Of a DNA stretch of 64,000 nt, positions 24,050 through 36,689 are shown one piece after another; the stretch's first letter is position 1; the number at the start of each line of letters is the position of its first letter. The DNA is taken from contig OZ059899.1 in the NCBI GenBank assembly GCA_964057225.1, positions 19,778,001-19,842,000 of the forward strand, in the 5' to 3' direction. The stretch is from Auanema rhodensis (taxonomy: Eukaryota > Animalia > Nematoda). Made by a program: the position numbers and the translations under genes. The notes beneath the pieces were generated by a model. The model was not told the DNA's origin and ran no database searches. It was given only the letters and a program-made list of their open reading frames with translations.

Positions 24050-27000
24050 GATCGTTTGAAAAAAGATGCATTAGTGTATGTTGAGTTTCCATGTACACTC
24101 AACATTGCTTCCAAAAACATTTTTACAAAAATTTTTCCGAAAAATTTCGAAATAATTTCGCAAAAAGTAGATGTTTTTAGATTCCTTCTTTCAAGGCAAA
24201 GACGATGGACAATGTTATTCAACGAAAAAATTATTTCTGCAGGGTGAAAATCGAGGATATAAGTGTGAACTTATATCAGTTGATATCTCGGTGCATTTTT
24301 AAGCTAGCGCAAATCTGATAACACAGATCGACGCAGCTTAAACATCCGCATCGAATGCACTATACAACATTGAGAAACGCTTGATACAAAAATTAGTTAT
24401 GATCGTTTGAAAAATGATGCATTAGTGTATGTTGAGTTTCCATGTACACTCAACATTGCTCCCAAAAAAATATTGACAAAAATTTTTCCGAAAAATTTCA
24501 AGATAATTTCGCGAGAAGTAGATGTTTTTAGATTCCTTTTTTCAAGGCAAAGACGATGGACAATGTTATTCAACGAAAAAATTAATTCTGCAGGGTGAAA
24601 ATCGAGGATATAAGTGTGAACTTATATCAGTTGATATCTCGGTGCATTTTTAAGCTAACTCAAATCTGATAACACAGATCGACGCAGCTTAAAAATCCGC
24701 ATCGAATGCACTATACTACATTGAGAAACGCTTAATACAAAAATTAGTTATGATCGTTTGAAAAAAGATGCATTAGTGTATGTTGAGTTTCCATGTACAC
24801 TCAACATTGCTTCCAAAAACATTTTTACAAAAATTTTCCCGAAAAATTTCGAAATAATTTCGCAAAAAGTAGATGTTTTTAGATTCCTTTTTTCAAATCA
24901 AAGACGATGGACATTGTTATTCAACGAAAAAATTGATTCTGCAGGGTGAAAATCGAGGATATAAGTGTGAACTTATATCAGTTGATATCTCGGTGCATTT
25001 TTAAGCTAACTCAAATCTGATAACACAGATCGACGCAGCTTAAAAATCCGCATCGAATGCACTATACTACATTGAGAAACGCTTAATACAAAAATTAGTT
25101 ATGATCGTTTGAAAAAAGATGCATTAGTGTATGTTGAGTTTCCATGTACACTCAACATTGCTTCCAAAAACATTTTTACAAAAATTTTTCCGAAAAATTT
25201 CGAAATAATTTCGCAAAAAGTAGATGTTTTTAGATTCCTTCTTTCAAGGCAAAGACGATGGACAATGTTATTCAACGAAAAAATTATTTCTGCAGGGTGA
25301 AAATCGAGGATATAAGTGTGAACTTATATCAGTTGATATCTCGGTGCATTTTTAAGCTAGCGCAAATCTGATAACACAGATCGACGCAGCTTAAACATCC
25401 GCATCGAATGCACTATACAACATTGAGAAACGCTTGATACAAAAATTAGTTATGATCGTTTGAAAAATGATGCATTAGTGTATGTTGAGTTTCCATGTAC
25501 ACTCAACATTGCTCCCAAAAAAATATTGACAAAAATTTTTCCGAAAAATTTCAAGATAATTTCGCGAGAAGTAGATGTTTTTAGATTCCTTTTTTCAAGG
25601 CAAAGACGATGGACAATGTTATTCAACGAAAAAATTAATTCTGCAGGGTGAAAATCGAGGATATAAGTGTGAACTTATATCAGTTGATATCTCGGTGCAT
25701 TTTTAAGCTAGCGCAAATCTGATAACACAGATCGACGCCGCTTAAAAATCCGCATCGAATGCACTATACTACATTGAGAAACGCTTGATACAAAAATTAG
25801 TTATGATCGTTTGAAAAAAGATGCATTAGTGTATGTTGAGTTTCCATGTACACTCAACATTGCTTCCAAAAACATTTTGACAAAAATTTTTCCAAAAAAT
25901 TTCAAAATAATTTCGCAAAAAGTAAATGTTTTTAGATTCCTTTCTCCAAGGCAAAGACGATGGACAATGTTATTCAACGAAAAAATTAATTCTGCAGGGT
26001 GAAAATCGAGGATATAAGTGTGAACTTATATCAGTTGATCTCTCGGTGCATTTTTAAGCTAGCGCAAATCTGATAACACAGATCGACGCAGCTTAAAAAT
26101 CCGCATCGAATGCACTATACTACATTGAGAAACGGTTGATACAAAAATTAGGTATGATCGTTTGAAAAAAGATGCATTAGTGTATGTTGAGTTTCCATGT
26201 ACACTCAACATTGCTTCCAAAAACATTTTTACAAAAATTTTTCCGAAAAATTTCGAAATAATTTCGCAAAAAGTAGATGTTTTTAGATTCCTTTTTTCAA
26301 GGCAAAGACGATGGACATTGTTATTCAACGAAAAAATTGATTCTGCAGGGTGAAAATCGAGGATATAAGTGTGAACTTATATCAGTTGATATCTCGGTGC
26401 ATTTTTGAGCTAACTCAAATCTGATAACACAGATCGACGCAGCTTAAAAATCCGCATCGAATGCACTATACAACATTGAGAAACGCTTGATACAAAAATT
26501 AGTTATGATCGTTTGAAAAATGATGCATTAGTGTATGTTGAGTTTCCATGTACACTCAACATTGCTCCCAAAAAAATATTGACAAAAATTTTTCCGAAAA
26601 ATTTCAAGATAATTTCGCGAGAAGTAGATGTTTTTAGATTCCTTTTTTCAAGGCAAAGACGATGGACAATGTTATTCAACGAAAAAATTAATTCTGCAGG
26701 GTGAAAATCGAGGATATAAGTGTGAACTTATATCAGTTGATATCTCGGTGCATTTTTAAGCTAGCGCAAATCTGATAACACAGATCGACGCCGCTTAAAA
26801 ATCCGCATCGAATGCACTATACTACATTGAGAAACGCTTGATACAAAAATTAGTTATGATCGTTTGAAAAAAGATGCATTAGTGTATGTTGAGTTTCCAT
26901 GTACACTCAACATTGCTTCCAAAAACATTTTGACAAAAATTTTTCCAAAAAATTTCAAAATAATTTCGCAAAAAGTAAATGTTTTTAGATTCCTTTCTCC

Positions 27001-27500
27001 AAGGCAAAGACGATGGACAATGTTATTCAACGAAAAAATTAATTCTGCAGGGTGAAAATCGAGGATATAAGTGTGAACTTATATCAGTTGATCTCTCGGT
27101 GCATTTTTAAGCTAGCGCAAATCTGATAACACAGATCGACGCAGCTTAAAAATCCGCATCGAATGCACTATACTACATTGAGAAACGGTTGATACAAAAA
27201 TTAGGTATGATCGTTTGAAAAAAGATGCATTAGTGTATGTTGAGTTTCCATGTACACTCAACATTGCTTCCAAAAACATTTTTACAAAAATTTTTCCGAA
27301 AAATTTCGAAATAATTTCGCGAAAAGTAGATGTTTTTAGATTCCTTTTTTCAAGGCAAAGACGATGGACATTGTTATTCAACGAAAAAATTGATTCTGCA
27401 GGGTGAAAATCGAGGATATAAGTGTGAGCTTATATCAGTTGATATCTCGGTGCATTTTTGAGCTAACTCAAATCTGATAACACAGATCGATGCAGCTTAA
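24050..27500. repeat. 3-monomer (1053 bp) periodicity
   Basis: The divergent monomer with CTCCCAAAAAAATATTG and CGCGAGAAG has ORF starts at 24407, 25460 and 26513. Confidence 0.85.
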
Positions 27501-30500
27501 AAATCCGCATCGAATGCACTATACTACATTGAGAAACGCTTAATACAAAAATTAGTTATGATCGTTTGAAAAAAGATGCATTAGTGTATGTTGAGTTTCC
27601 ATGTACACTCAACATTGCTTCCAAAAACATTTTTACAAAAATTTTTCCGAAAAATTTCGAAATAATTTCGCAAAAAGTAGATGTTTTTAGATTCCTTCTT
27701 TCAAGGCAAAGACGATGGACAATGTTATTCAACGAAAAAATTAATTCTGCAGGGTGAAAATCGAGGATATAAGTGTGAACTTATATCAGTTGATATCTCG
27801 GTGCATTTTTAAGCTAGCGCAAATCTGATAACACAGATCGACGCAGCTTAAAAATCCGCATCGAATGCACTATACTACATTGAGAAACGCTTAATACAAA
27901 AATTAGTTATGATCGTTTGAACAAAGATGCATTAGTGTATGTTGAGTTTCCATGTACACTCAACATTGCTTCCAAAAACATTTTGACAAAAATTTTTCCG
28001 AAAAATTTCAAAATAATTTCGCAAAAAGTAGATGTTTTTAGATTCCTTTTTTCACGGCAAAGACGATGGACAAAGTTATTCAACGAAAAAATTAATTCTG
28101 CAGGGTGAAAATCGAGGATATAAGTGTGAACTTATATCAGTTGATATCTCGGTGCATTTTTAAGCTAGCGCAAATCTGATAACACAGATCGACGCAGCTT
28201 AAAAATCCGCATCGAATGCACTATACTACATTGAGAAACGCTTAATACAAAAATTAGTTATGATCGTTTGAACAAAGATGCATTAGTGTATGTTGAGTTT
28301 CCATGTACACTCAACATTGCTTCCAAAAACATTTTGACAAAAATTTTTCCGAAAAATTTCAAAATAATTTCGCAAAAAGTAGATGTTTTTAGATTCCTTT
28401 TTTCACGGCAAAGACGATGGACAAAGTTATTCAACGAAAAAATTAATTCTGCAGGGTGAAAATCGAGGATATAAGTGTGAACTTATATCAGTTGATATCT
28501 CGGTGCATTTTTAAGCTAGCGCAAATCTGATAACACAGATCGACGCAGCTTAAAAATCCGCATCGAATGCACTATACTACATTGAGAAACGCTTAATACA
28601 AAAATCAGTTATGATTGTTTGAAAAATGATGCATTAGTGTATGTTGAGTTTCCATGTACACTCAACATTGCTTCCAAAAACATTTTGACAAAAATTTTTC
28701 CGAAAAATTTCGAAATAATTTCGCAAAAAGTAGATGTTTTTAGATTCCTTCTTTCAAGGCAAAGACGATGGACAATGTTATTCAACGAAAAAATTAATTC
28801 TGCAGGGTGAAAATCGAGGATATAAGTGTGAACTTATATCAGTTGATATCTCGGTGCATTTTTAAGCTAGCGCAAATCTGATAACACAGATCGACGCAGC
28901 TTAAAAATCCGCATCGAATGCACTATACTACATTGAGAAACGCTTAATACAAAAATTAGTTATGATCGTTTGAAAAATGATGCATTAGTGTATGTTGAGT
29001 TTCCATGTGCACTCAACATAGCTTCCAAAAACATTTTGACAAAAATTTTTCCGAAAAATTTCGAAAAAATTTCGCAAAAAGTAGATGTTTTTAGATTTCT
29101 TTTTTCAAGGCAAAGACGATGGACAATGTTATTCAACGAAAAAATTATTTCTGCAGGGTGAAAATCGTGGATATAAGTGTGAACTTATATCAGTTTATAT
29201 CTCGGTGCATTTTTAAGCTAGCGCAAATCTGATAACACAGATCGACGCAGCTTGAAAATCCGCATCGAATGCACTATACAACATTGAGAAACGCTTAATA
29301 CAAAAATTAGTTATGATCGTTTGAAAAATGATGCATTAGTGTATGTTGAGTTTCCATGTACACTCAACATTGCTTCCAAAAACATTTTGACAAAAATTTT
29401 TCCAAAAAATTTCGAAAAAATTTCGCGAAAAGTAGATGTTTTTAGATTCCTTATTCCAAGGCAAAGACGATGGACAATGTTATTCAACGAAAAAATTATT
29501 TCTGCAGGGTGAAAATCGAGGATATAAGTGTGAACTTATATCAGTTGATATCTCGGTGCATTTTTAAGCTAGCGCAAATCTGATAACACAGATCGACGCA
29601 GCTTAAAAATCCGCATCGAATGCACTATACAACATTGAGAAACGCTTGATACCAAAATTAGTTATGATCGTTTGAAAAATGATGCATTAGTGTATGTTGA
29701 GTTTCCATGTACACTCAACATTGCTTCCAAAAACATTTTGACAAAAATTTTTCCGAAAAATTTCAAAATAATTTCGCGAAAAGTAGATGTTTTTAGATTC
29801 CTTTTTTCAAGGCAAAGACGATGGACAATGTTATTCAACGAAAAAATTAATTCTCCAGGGTGAAAATCGAGGATATAAGTGTGAACTTATATCAGTTGAT
29901 ATCTCGGTGCATTTTTAAGCTAGCGCAAATCTGATAACACAGATCGACGCAGCTTAAAAATCCGCATCGAATGCACTATACTACATTGAGAAACGCTTAA
30001 TACAAAAATTAGTTATGATCGTTTGAAAAAAGATGCATTAGTGTATGTTGAGTTTCCATGTACACTCAACATTGCTTCCAAAAACATTTTGACAAAAATT
30101 TTTCCGAAAAATTTCAAAATAATTTCGCGAAAAGTAGATGTTTTTAGATTCCTTTTTTCAAGGCAAAGACGATGGACATTGTTATTCAACGAAAAAATTG
30201 ATTCTGCAGGGTGAAAATCGAGGATATAAGTGTGAACTTATATCAGTTGATATCTCGGTGCATTTTTGAGCTAACTCAAATCTGATAACACAGATCGATG
30301 CAGCTTAAAAATCCGCATCGAATGCACTATACTACATTGAGAAACGCTTAATACAAAAATTAGTTATGATCGTTTGAAAAAAGATGCATTAGTGTATGTT
30401 GAGTTTCCATGTACACTCAACATTGCTTCCAAAAACATTTTTACAAAAATTTTTCCGAAAAATTTCGAAATAATTTCGCAAAAAGTAGATGTTTTTAGAT

Positions 30501-33500
30501 TCCTTCTTTCAAGGCAAAGACGATGGACAATGTTATTCAACGAAAAAATTAATTCTGCAGGGTGAAAATCGAGGATTCAAGTGTGAACTTATATCAGTTG
30601 ATATCTCGGTGCATTTTTAAGCTAGCGCAAATCTGATAACACAGATCGACGCAGCTTAAAAATCCGCATCGAATGCACTATACTACATTGAGAAACGCTT
30701 AATACAAAAATTAGTTATGATCGTTTGAACAAAGATGCATTAGTGTATGTTGAGTTTCCATGTACACTCAACATTGCTTCCAAAAACATTTTGACAAAAA
30801 TTTTTCCGAAAAATTTCAAAATAATTTCGCAAAAAGTAGATGTTTTTAGATTCCTTTTTTCACGGCAAAGACGATGGACAAAGTTATTCAACGAAAAAAT
30901 TAATTCTGCAGGGTGAAAATCGAGGATATAAGTGTGAACTTATATCAGTTGATATCTCGGTGCATTTTTAAGCTAGCGCAAATCTGATAACACAGATCGA
31001 CGCAGCTTAAAAATCCGCATCGAATGCACTATACTACATTGAGAAACGCTTAATACAAAAATCAGTTATGATTGTTTGAAAAATGATGCATTAGTGTATG
31101 TTGAGTTTCCATGTACACTCAACATTGCTTCCAAAAACATTTTGACAAAAATTTTTCCGAAAAATTTCGAAATAATTTCGCAAAAAGTAGATGTTTTTAG
31201 ATTCCTTCTTTCAAGGCAAAGACGATGGACAATGTTATTCAACGAAAAAATTAATTCTGCAGGGTGAAAATCGAGGATATAAGTGTGAACTTATATCAGT
31301 TGATATCTCGGTGCATTTTTAAGCTAGCGCAAATCTGATAACACAGATCGACGCAGCTTAAAAATCCGCATCGAATGCACTATACTACATTGAGAAACGC
31401 TTAATACAAAAATTAGTTATGATCGTTTGAAAAATGATGCATTAGTGTATGTTGAGTTTCCATGTGCACTCAACATAGCTTCCAAAAACATTTTGACAAA
31501 AATTTTTCCGAAAAATTTCGAAAAAATTTCGCAAAAAGTAGATGTTTTTAGATTTCTTTTTTCAAGGCAAAGACGATGGACAATGTTATTCAACGAAAAA
31601 ATTATTTCTGCAGGGTGAAAATCGTGGATATAAGTGTGAACTTATATCAGTTTATATCTCGGTGCATTTTTAAGCTAGCGCAAATCTGATAACACAGATC
31701 GACGCAGCTTGAAAATCCGCATCGAATGCACTATACAACATTGAGAAACGCTTAATACAAAAATTAGTTATGATCGTTTGAAAAATGATGCATTAGTGTA
31801 TGTTGAGTTTCCATGTACACTCAACATTGCTTCCAAAAACATTTTGACAAAAATTTTTCCAAAAAATTTCGAAAAAATTTCGCGAAAAGTAGATGTTTTT
31901 AGATTCCTTATTCCAAGGCAAAGACGATGGACAATGTTATTCAACGAAAAAATTATTTCTGCAGGGTGAAAATCGAGGATATAAGTGTGAACTTATATCA
32001 GTTGATATCTCGGTGCATTTTTAAGCTAGCGCAAATCTGATAACACAGATCGACGCAGCTTAAAAATCCGCATCGAATGCACTATACAACATTGAGAAAC
32101 GCTTGATACCAAAATTAGTTATGATCGTTTGAAAAATGATGCATTAGTGTATGTTGAGTTTCCATGTACACTCAACATTGCTTCCAAAAACATTTTGACA
32201 AAAATTTTTCCGAAAAATTTCAAAATAATTTCGCGAAAAGTAGATGTTTTTAGATTCCTTTTTTCAAGGCAAAGACGATGGACAATGTTATTCAACGAAA
32301 AAATTAATTCTCCAGGGTGAAAATCGAGGATATAAGTGTGAACTTATATCAGTTGATATCTCGGTGCATTTTTAAGCTAGCGCAAATCTGATAACACAGA
32401 TCGACGCAGCTTAAAAATCCGCATCGAATGCACTATACTACATTGAGAAACGCTTAATACAAAAATTAGTTATGATCGTTTGAAAAAAGATGCATTAGTG
32501 TATGTTGAGTTTCCATGTACACTCAACATTGCTTCCAAAAACATTTTGACAAAAATTTTTCCGAAAAATTTCAAAATAATTTCGCGAAAAGTAGATGTTT
32601 TTAGATTCCTTTTTTCAAGGCAAAGACGATGGACATTGTTATTCAACGAAAAAATTGATTCTGCAGGGTGAAAATCGAGGATATAAGTGTGAACTTATAT
32701 CAGTTGATATCTCGGTGCATTTTTGAGCTAACTCAAATCTGATAACACAGATCGATGCAGCTTAAAAATCCGCATCGAATGCACTATACTACATTGAGAA
32801 ACGCTTAATACAAAAATTAGTTATGATCGTTTGAAAAAAGATGCATTAGTGTATGTTGAGTTTCCATGTACACTCAACATTGCTTCCAAAAACATTTTTA
32901 CAAAAATTTTTCCGAAAAATTTCGAAATAATTTCGCAAAAAGTAGATGTTTTTAGATTCCTTCTTTCAAGGCAAAGACGATGGACAATGTTATTCAACGA
33001 AAAAATTAATTCTGCAGGGTGAAAATCGAGGATTCAAGTGTGAACTTATATCAGTTGATATCTCGGTGCATTTTTAAGCTAGCGCAAATCTGATAACACA
33101 GATCGACGCAGCTTAAAAATCCGCATCGAATGCACTATACTACATTGAGAAACGCTTAATACAAAAATTAGTTATGATCGTTTGAACAAAGATGCATTAG
33201 TGTATGTTGAGTTTCCATGTACACTCAACATTGCTTCCAAAAACATTTTGACAAAAATTTTTCCGAAAAATTTCAAAATAATTTCGCAAAAAGTAGATGT
33301 TTTTAGATTCCTTTTTTCACGGCAAAGACGATGGACAAAGTTATTCAACGAAAAAATTAATTCTGCAGGGTGAAAATCGAGGATATAAGTGTGAACTTAT
33401 ATCAGTTGATATCTCGGTGCATTTTTAAGCTAGCGCAAATCTGATAACACAGATCGACGCAGCTTAAAAATCCGCATCGAATGCACTATACTACATTGAG

Positions 33501-35150
33501 AAACGCTTAATACAAAAATCAGTTATGATTGTTTGAAAAATGATGCATTAGTGTATGTTGAGTTTCCATGTACACTCAACATTGCTTCCAAAAACATTTT
33601 GACAAAAATTTTTCCGAAAAATTTCGAAATAATTTCGCAAAAAGTAGATGTTTTTAGATTCCTTCTTTCAAGGCAAAGACGATGGACAATGTTATTCAAC
33701 GAAAAAATTAATTCTGCAGGGTGAAAATCGAGGATATAAGTGTGAACTTATATCAGTTGATATCTCGGTGCATTTTTAAGCTAGCGCAAATCTGATAACA
33801 CAGATCGACGCAGCTTAAAAATCCGCATCGAATGCACTATACTACATTGAGAAACGCTTAATACAAAAATTAGTTATGATCGTTTGAAAAATGATGCATT
33901 AGTGTATGTTGAGTTTCCATGTGCACTCAACATAGCTTCCAAAAACATTTTGACAAAAATTTTTCCGAAAAATTTCGAAAAAATTTCGCAAAAAGTAGAT
34001 GTTTTTAGATTTCTTTTTTCAAGGCAAAGACGATGGACAATGTTATTCAACGAAAAAATTATTTCTGCAGGGTGAAAATCGTGGATATAAGTGTGAACTT
34101 ATATCAGTTTATATCTCGGTGCATTTTTAAGCTAGCGCAAATCTGATAACACAGATCGACGCAGCTTGAAAATCCGCATCGAATGCACTATACAACATTG
34201 AGAAACGCTTAATACAAAAATTAGTTATGATCGTTTGAAAAATGATGCATTAGTGTATGTTGAGTTTCCATGTACACTCAACATTGCTTCCAAAAACATT
34301 TTGACAAAAATTTTTCCAAAAAATTTCGAAAAAATTTCGCGAAAAGTAGATGTTTTTAGATTCCTTATTCCAAGGCAAAGACGATGGACAATGTTATTCA
34401 ACGAAAAAATTATTTCTGCAGGGTGAAAATCGAGGATATAAGTGTGAACTTATATCAGTTGATATCTCGGTGCATTTTTAAGCTAGCGCAAATCTGATAA
34501 CACAGATCGACGCAGCTTAAAAATCCGCATCGAATGCACTATACAACATTGAGAAACGCTTGATACCAAAATTAGTTATGATCGTTTGAAAAATGATGCA
34601 TTAGTGTATGTTGAGTTTCCATGTACACTCAACATTGCTTCCAAAAACATTTTGACAAAAATTTTTCCGAAAAATTTCAAAATAATTTCGCGAAAAGTAG
34701 ATGTTTTTAGATTCCTTTTTTCAAGGCAAAGACGATGGACAATGTTATTCAACGAAAAAATTAATTCTCCAGGGTGAAAATCGAGGATATAAGTGTGAAC
34801 TTATATCAGTTGATATCTCGGTGCATTTTTAAGCTAGCGCAAATCTGATAACACAGATCGACGCAGCTTAAAAATCCGCATCGAATGCACTATACTACAT
34901 TGAGAAACGCTTAATACAAAAATTAGTTATGATCGTTTGAAAAAAGATGCATTAGTGTATGTTGAGTTTCCATGTACACTCAACATTGCTTCCAAAAACA
35001 TTTTGACAAAAATTTTTCCGAAAAATTTCAAAATAATTTCGCGAAAAGTAGATGTTTTTAGATTCCTTTTTTCAAGGCAAAGACGATGGACATTGTTATT
35101 CAACGAAAAAATTGATTCTGCAGGGTGAAAATCGAGGATATAAGTGTGAA
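27450..35150. repeat. 7-monomer higher-order repeat (2457 bp), 3 copies; the first copy has one extra duplicated monomer
   Basis: The TGTGCAC monomer is at 28970, 31427 and 33884; CCTTATTCC at 29321, 31778 and 34235; TTGAACAAAG at 27917 plus 28268, 30725 and 33182. Confidence 0.93.
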
Positions 35151-36689
35151 CTTATATCAGTTGATATCTCGGTGCATTTTTAAGCTAGCGCAAATCTGAT
35201 AACACAGATCGATGCAGCTTAAAAATCCGCATCGAATGCACTCTACTACATTGAGAAACGCTTAATATAAAAATTAGTTATGATCGTTTGAAAAAAGATG
35301 CATTAGTGTATGTTGAGTTTCCATGTACACTCAACATTGCTTCCAAAAACATTTTGACAAAAATTTTTCCGAAAAATTTCAAAATAATTTCGCAAAAAGT
35401 AGATGTTTTTAGATTCCTTTTTTCACGGCAAAGACGATGGACAAAGTTATTCAACGAAAAAATTAATTCTGCAGGGTGAAAATCGAGGATATAAGTGTGA
35501 ACTTATATCAGTTGATATCTCGGTGCATTTTTAAGCTAGCGCAAATCTGATAACACAGATCGACGCAGCTTAAAAATCCGCATCGAATGCACTATACTAC
35601 ATTGAGAAACGCTTAATACAAAAATCAGTTATGATCGTTTGAAAAATGATGCATTAGTGTATGTTGAGTTTCCATGTACACTCAACATTGCTTCCAAAAA
35701 CATTTTGACAAAAATTTTTCCGAAAAATTTCAAAATAATTTCGCAAAAAGTAGATGGTTTTAGATTCCTTCTTCCAAGGCAAAGACGATGGACAATGTTA
35801 TTCAACGAAAAAATTAATTCTGCAGGGTGAAAATCGAGGATATAAGTGTGAACTTATATCAGTTGATATCTCGGTGCATTTTTAAGCTAGCGCAAATCTG
35901 ATAACACAGATCGACGCAGCTTAAAAATCCGCATCGAATGCACTATACTACATTGAGAAACGCTTAATACAAAAATTAGTTATGATCGTTTGAAAAAAGA
36001 TGCATTAGTGTATGTTGAGATTCCATGTACACTCAACATTGCTTCCAAAAACATTTTGACAAAAATTTTTCCGAAAAATTTCAAAATAATTTCGCAAAAA
36101 GTAGATGTTTTTAGATTCCTTTTTTCACGGCAAAGACGATGGACAAAGTTATTCAACGAAAAAATTAATTCTGCAGGGTGAAAATCGAGGATATAAGTGT
36201 GAACTTATATCAGTTGATATCTCGGTGCATTTTTAAGCTAGCGCAAATCTGATAACACAGATCGACGCAGCTTAAAAATCCGCATCGAATGCACTATACT
36301 ACATTGAGAAACGCTTAATACAAAAATTAGTTATGATCGTTTGAAAAAAGATGCATTAGTGTATGTTGAGTTTCCATGTACACTCAACATAGCTTCCAAA
36401 AACATTTTGACAAAAATTTTTCCGAAAAATTTCGAAAAAATTTCGCAAAAAGTAGATGTTTTTAGATTCCTTTTTTCACGGCAAAGACGATGGACAAAGT
36501 TATTCAACGAAAAAATTAATTCTGCAGGGTGAAAATCGAGGATATAAGTGTGAACTTATATCAGTTGATATCTCGGTGCATTTTTAAGCTAGCGCAAATC
36601 TAATAACACAGATCGACGCAGCTTGAAAATCCGCATCGAATGCACTATACTACATTGAGAAACGCTTAATACAAAAATTAGTTATGATC

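Noticed and set aside
22549-27381. Three 89-aa minus-strand ORFs
   Set aside because: They arise from chance variants (TAGGTATG, CTTGATAC/GGTTGATAC) that remove stops in the antisense frame of the same satellite monomer.
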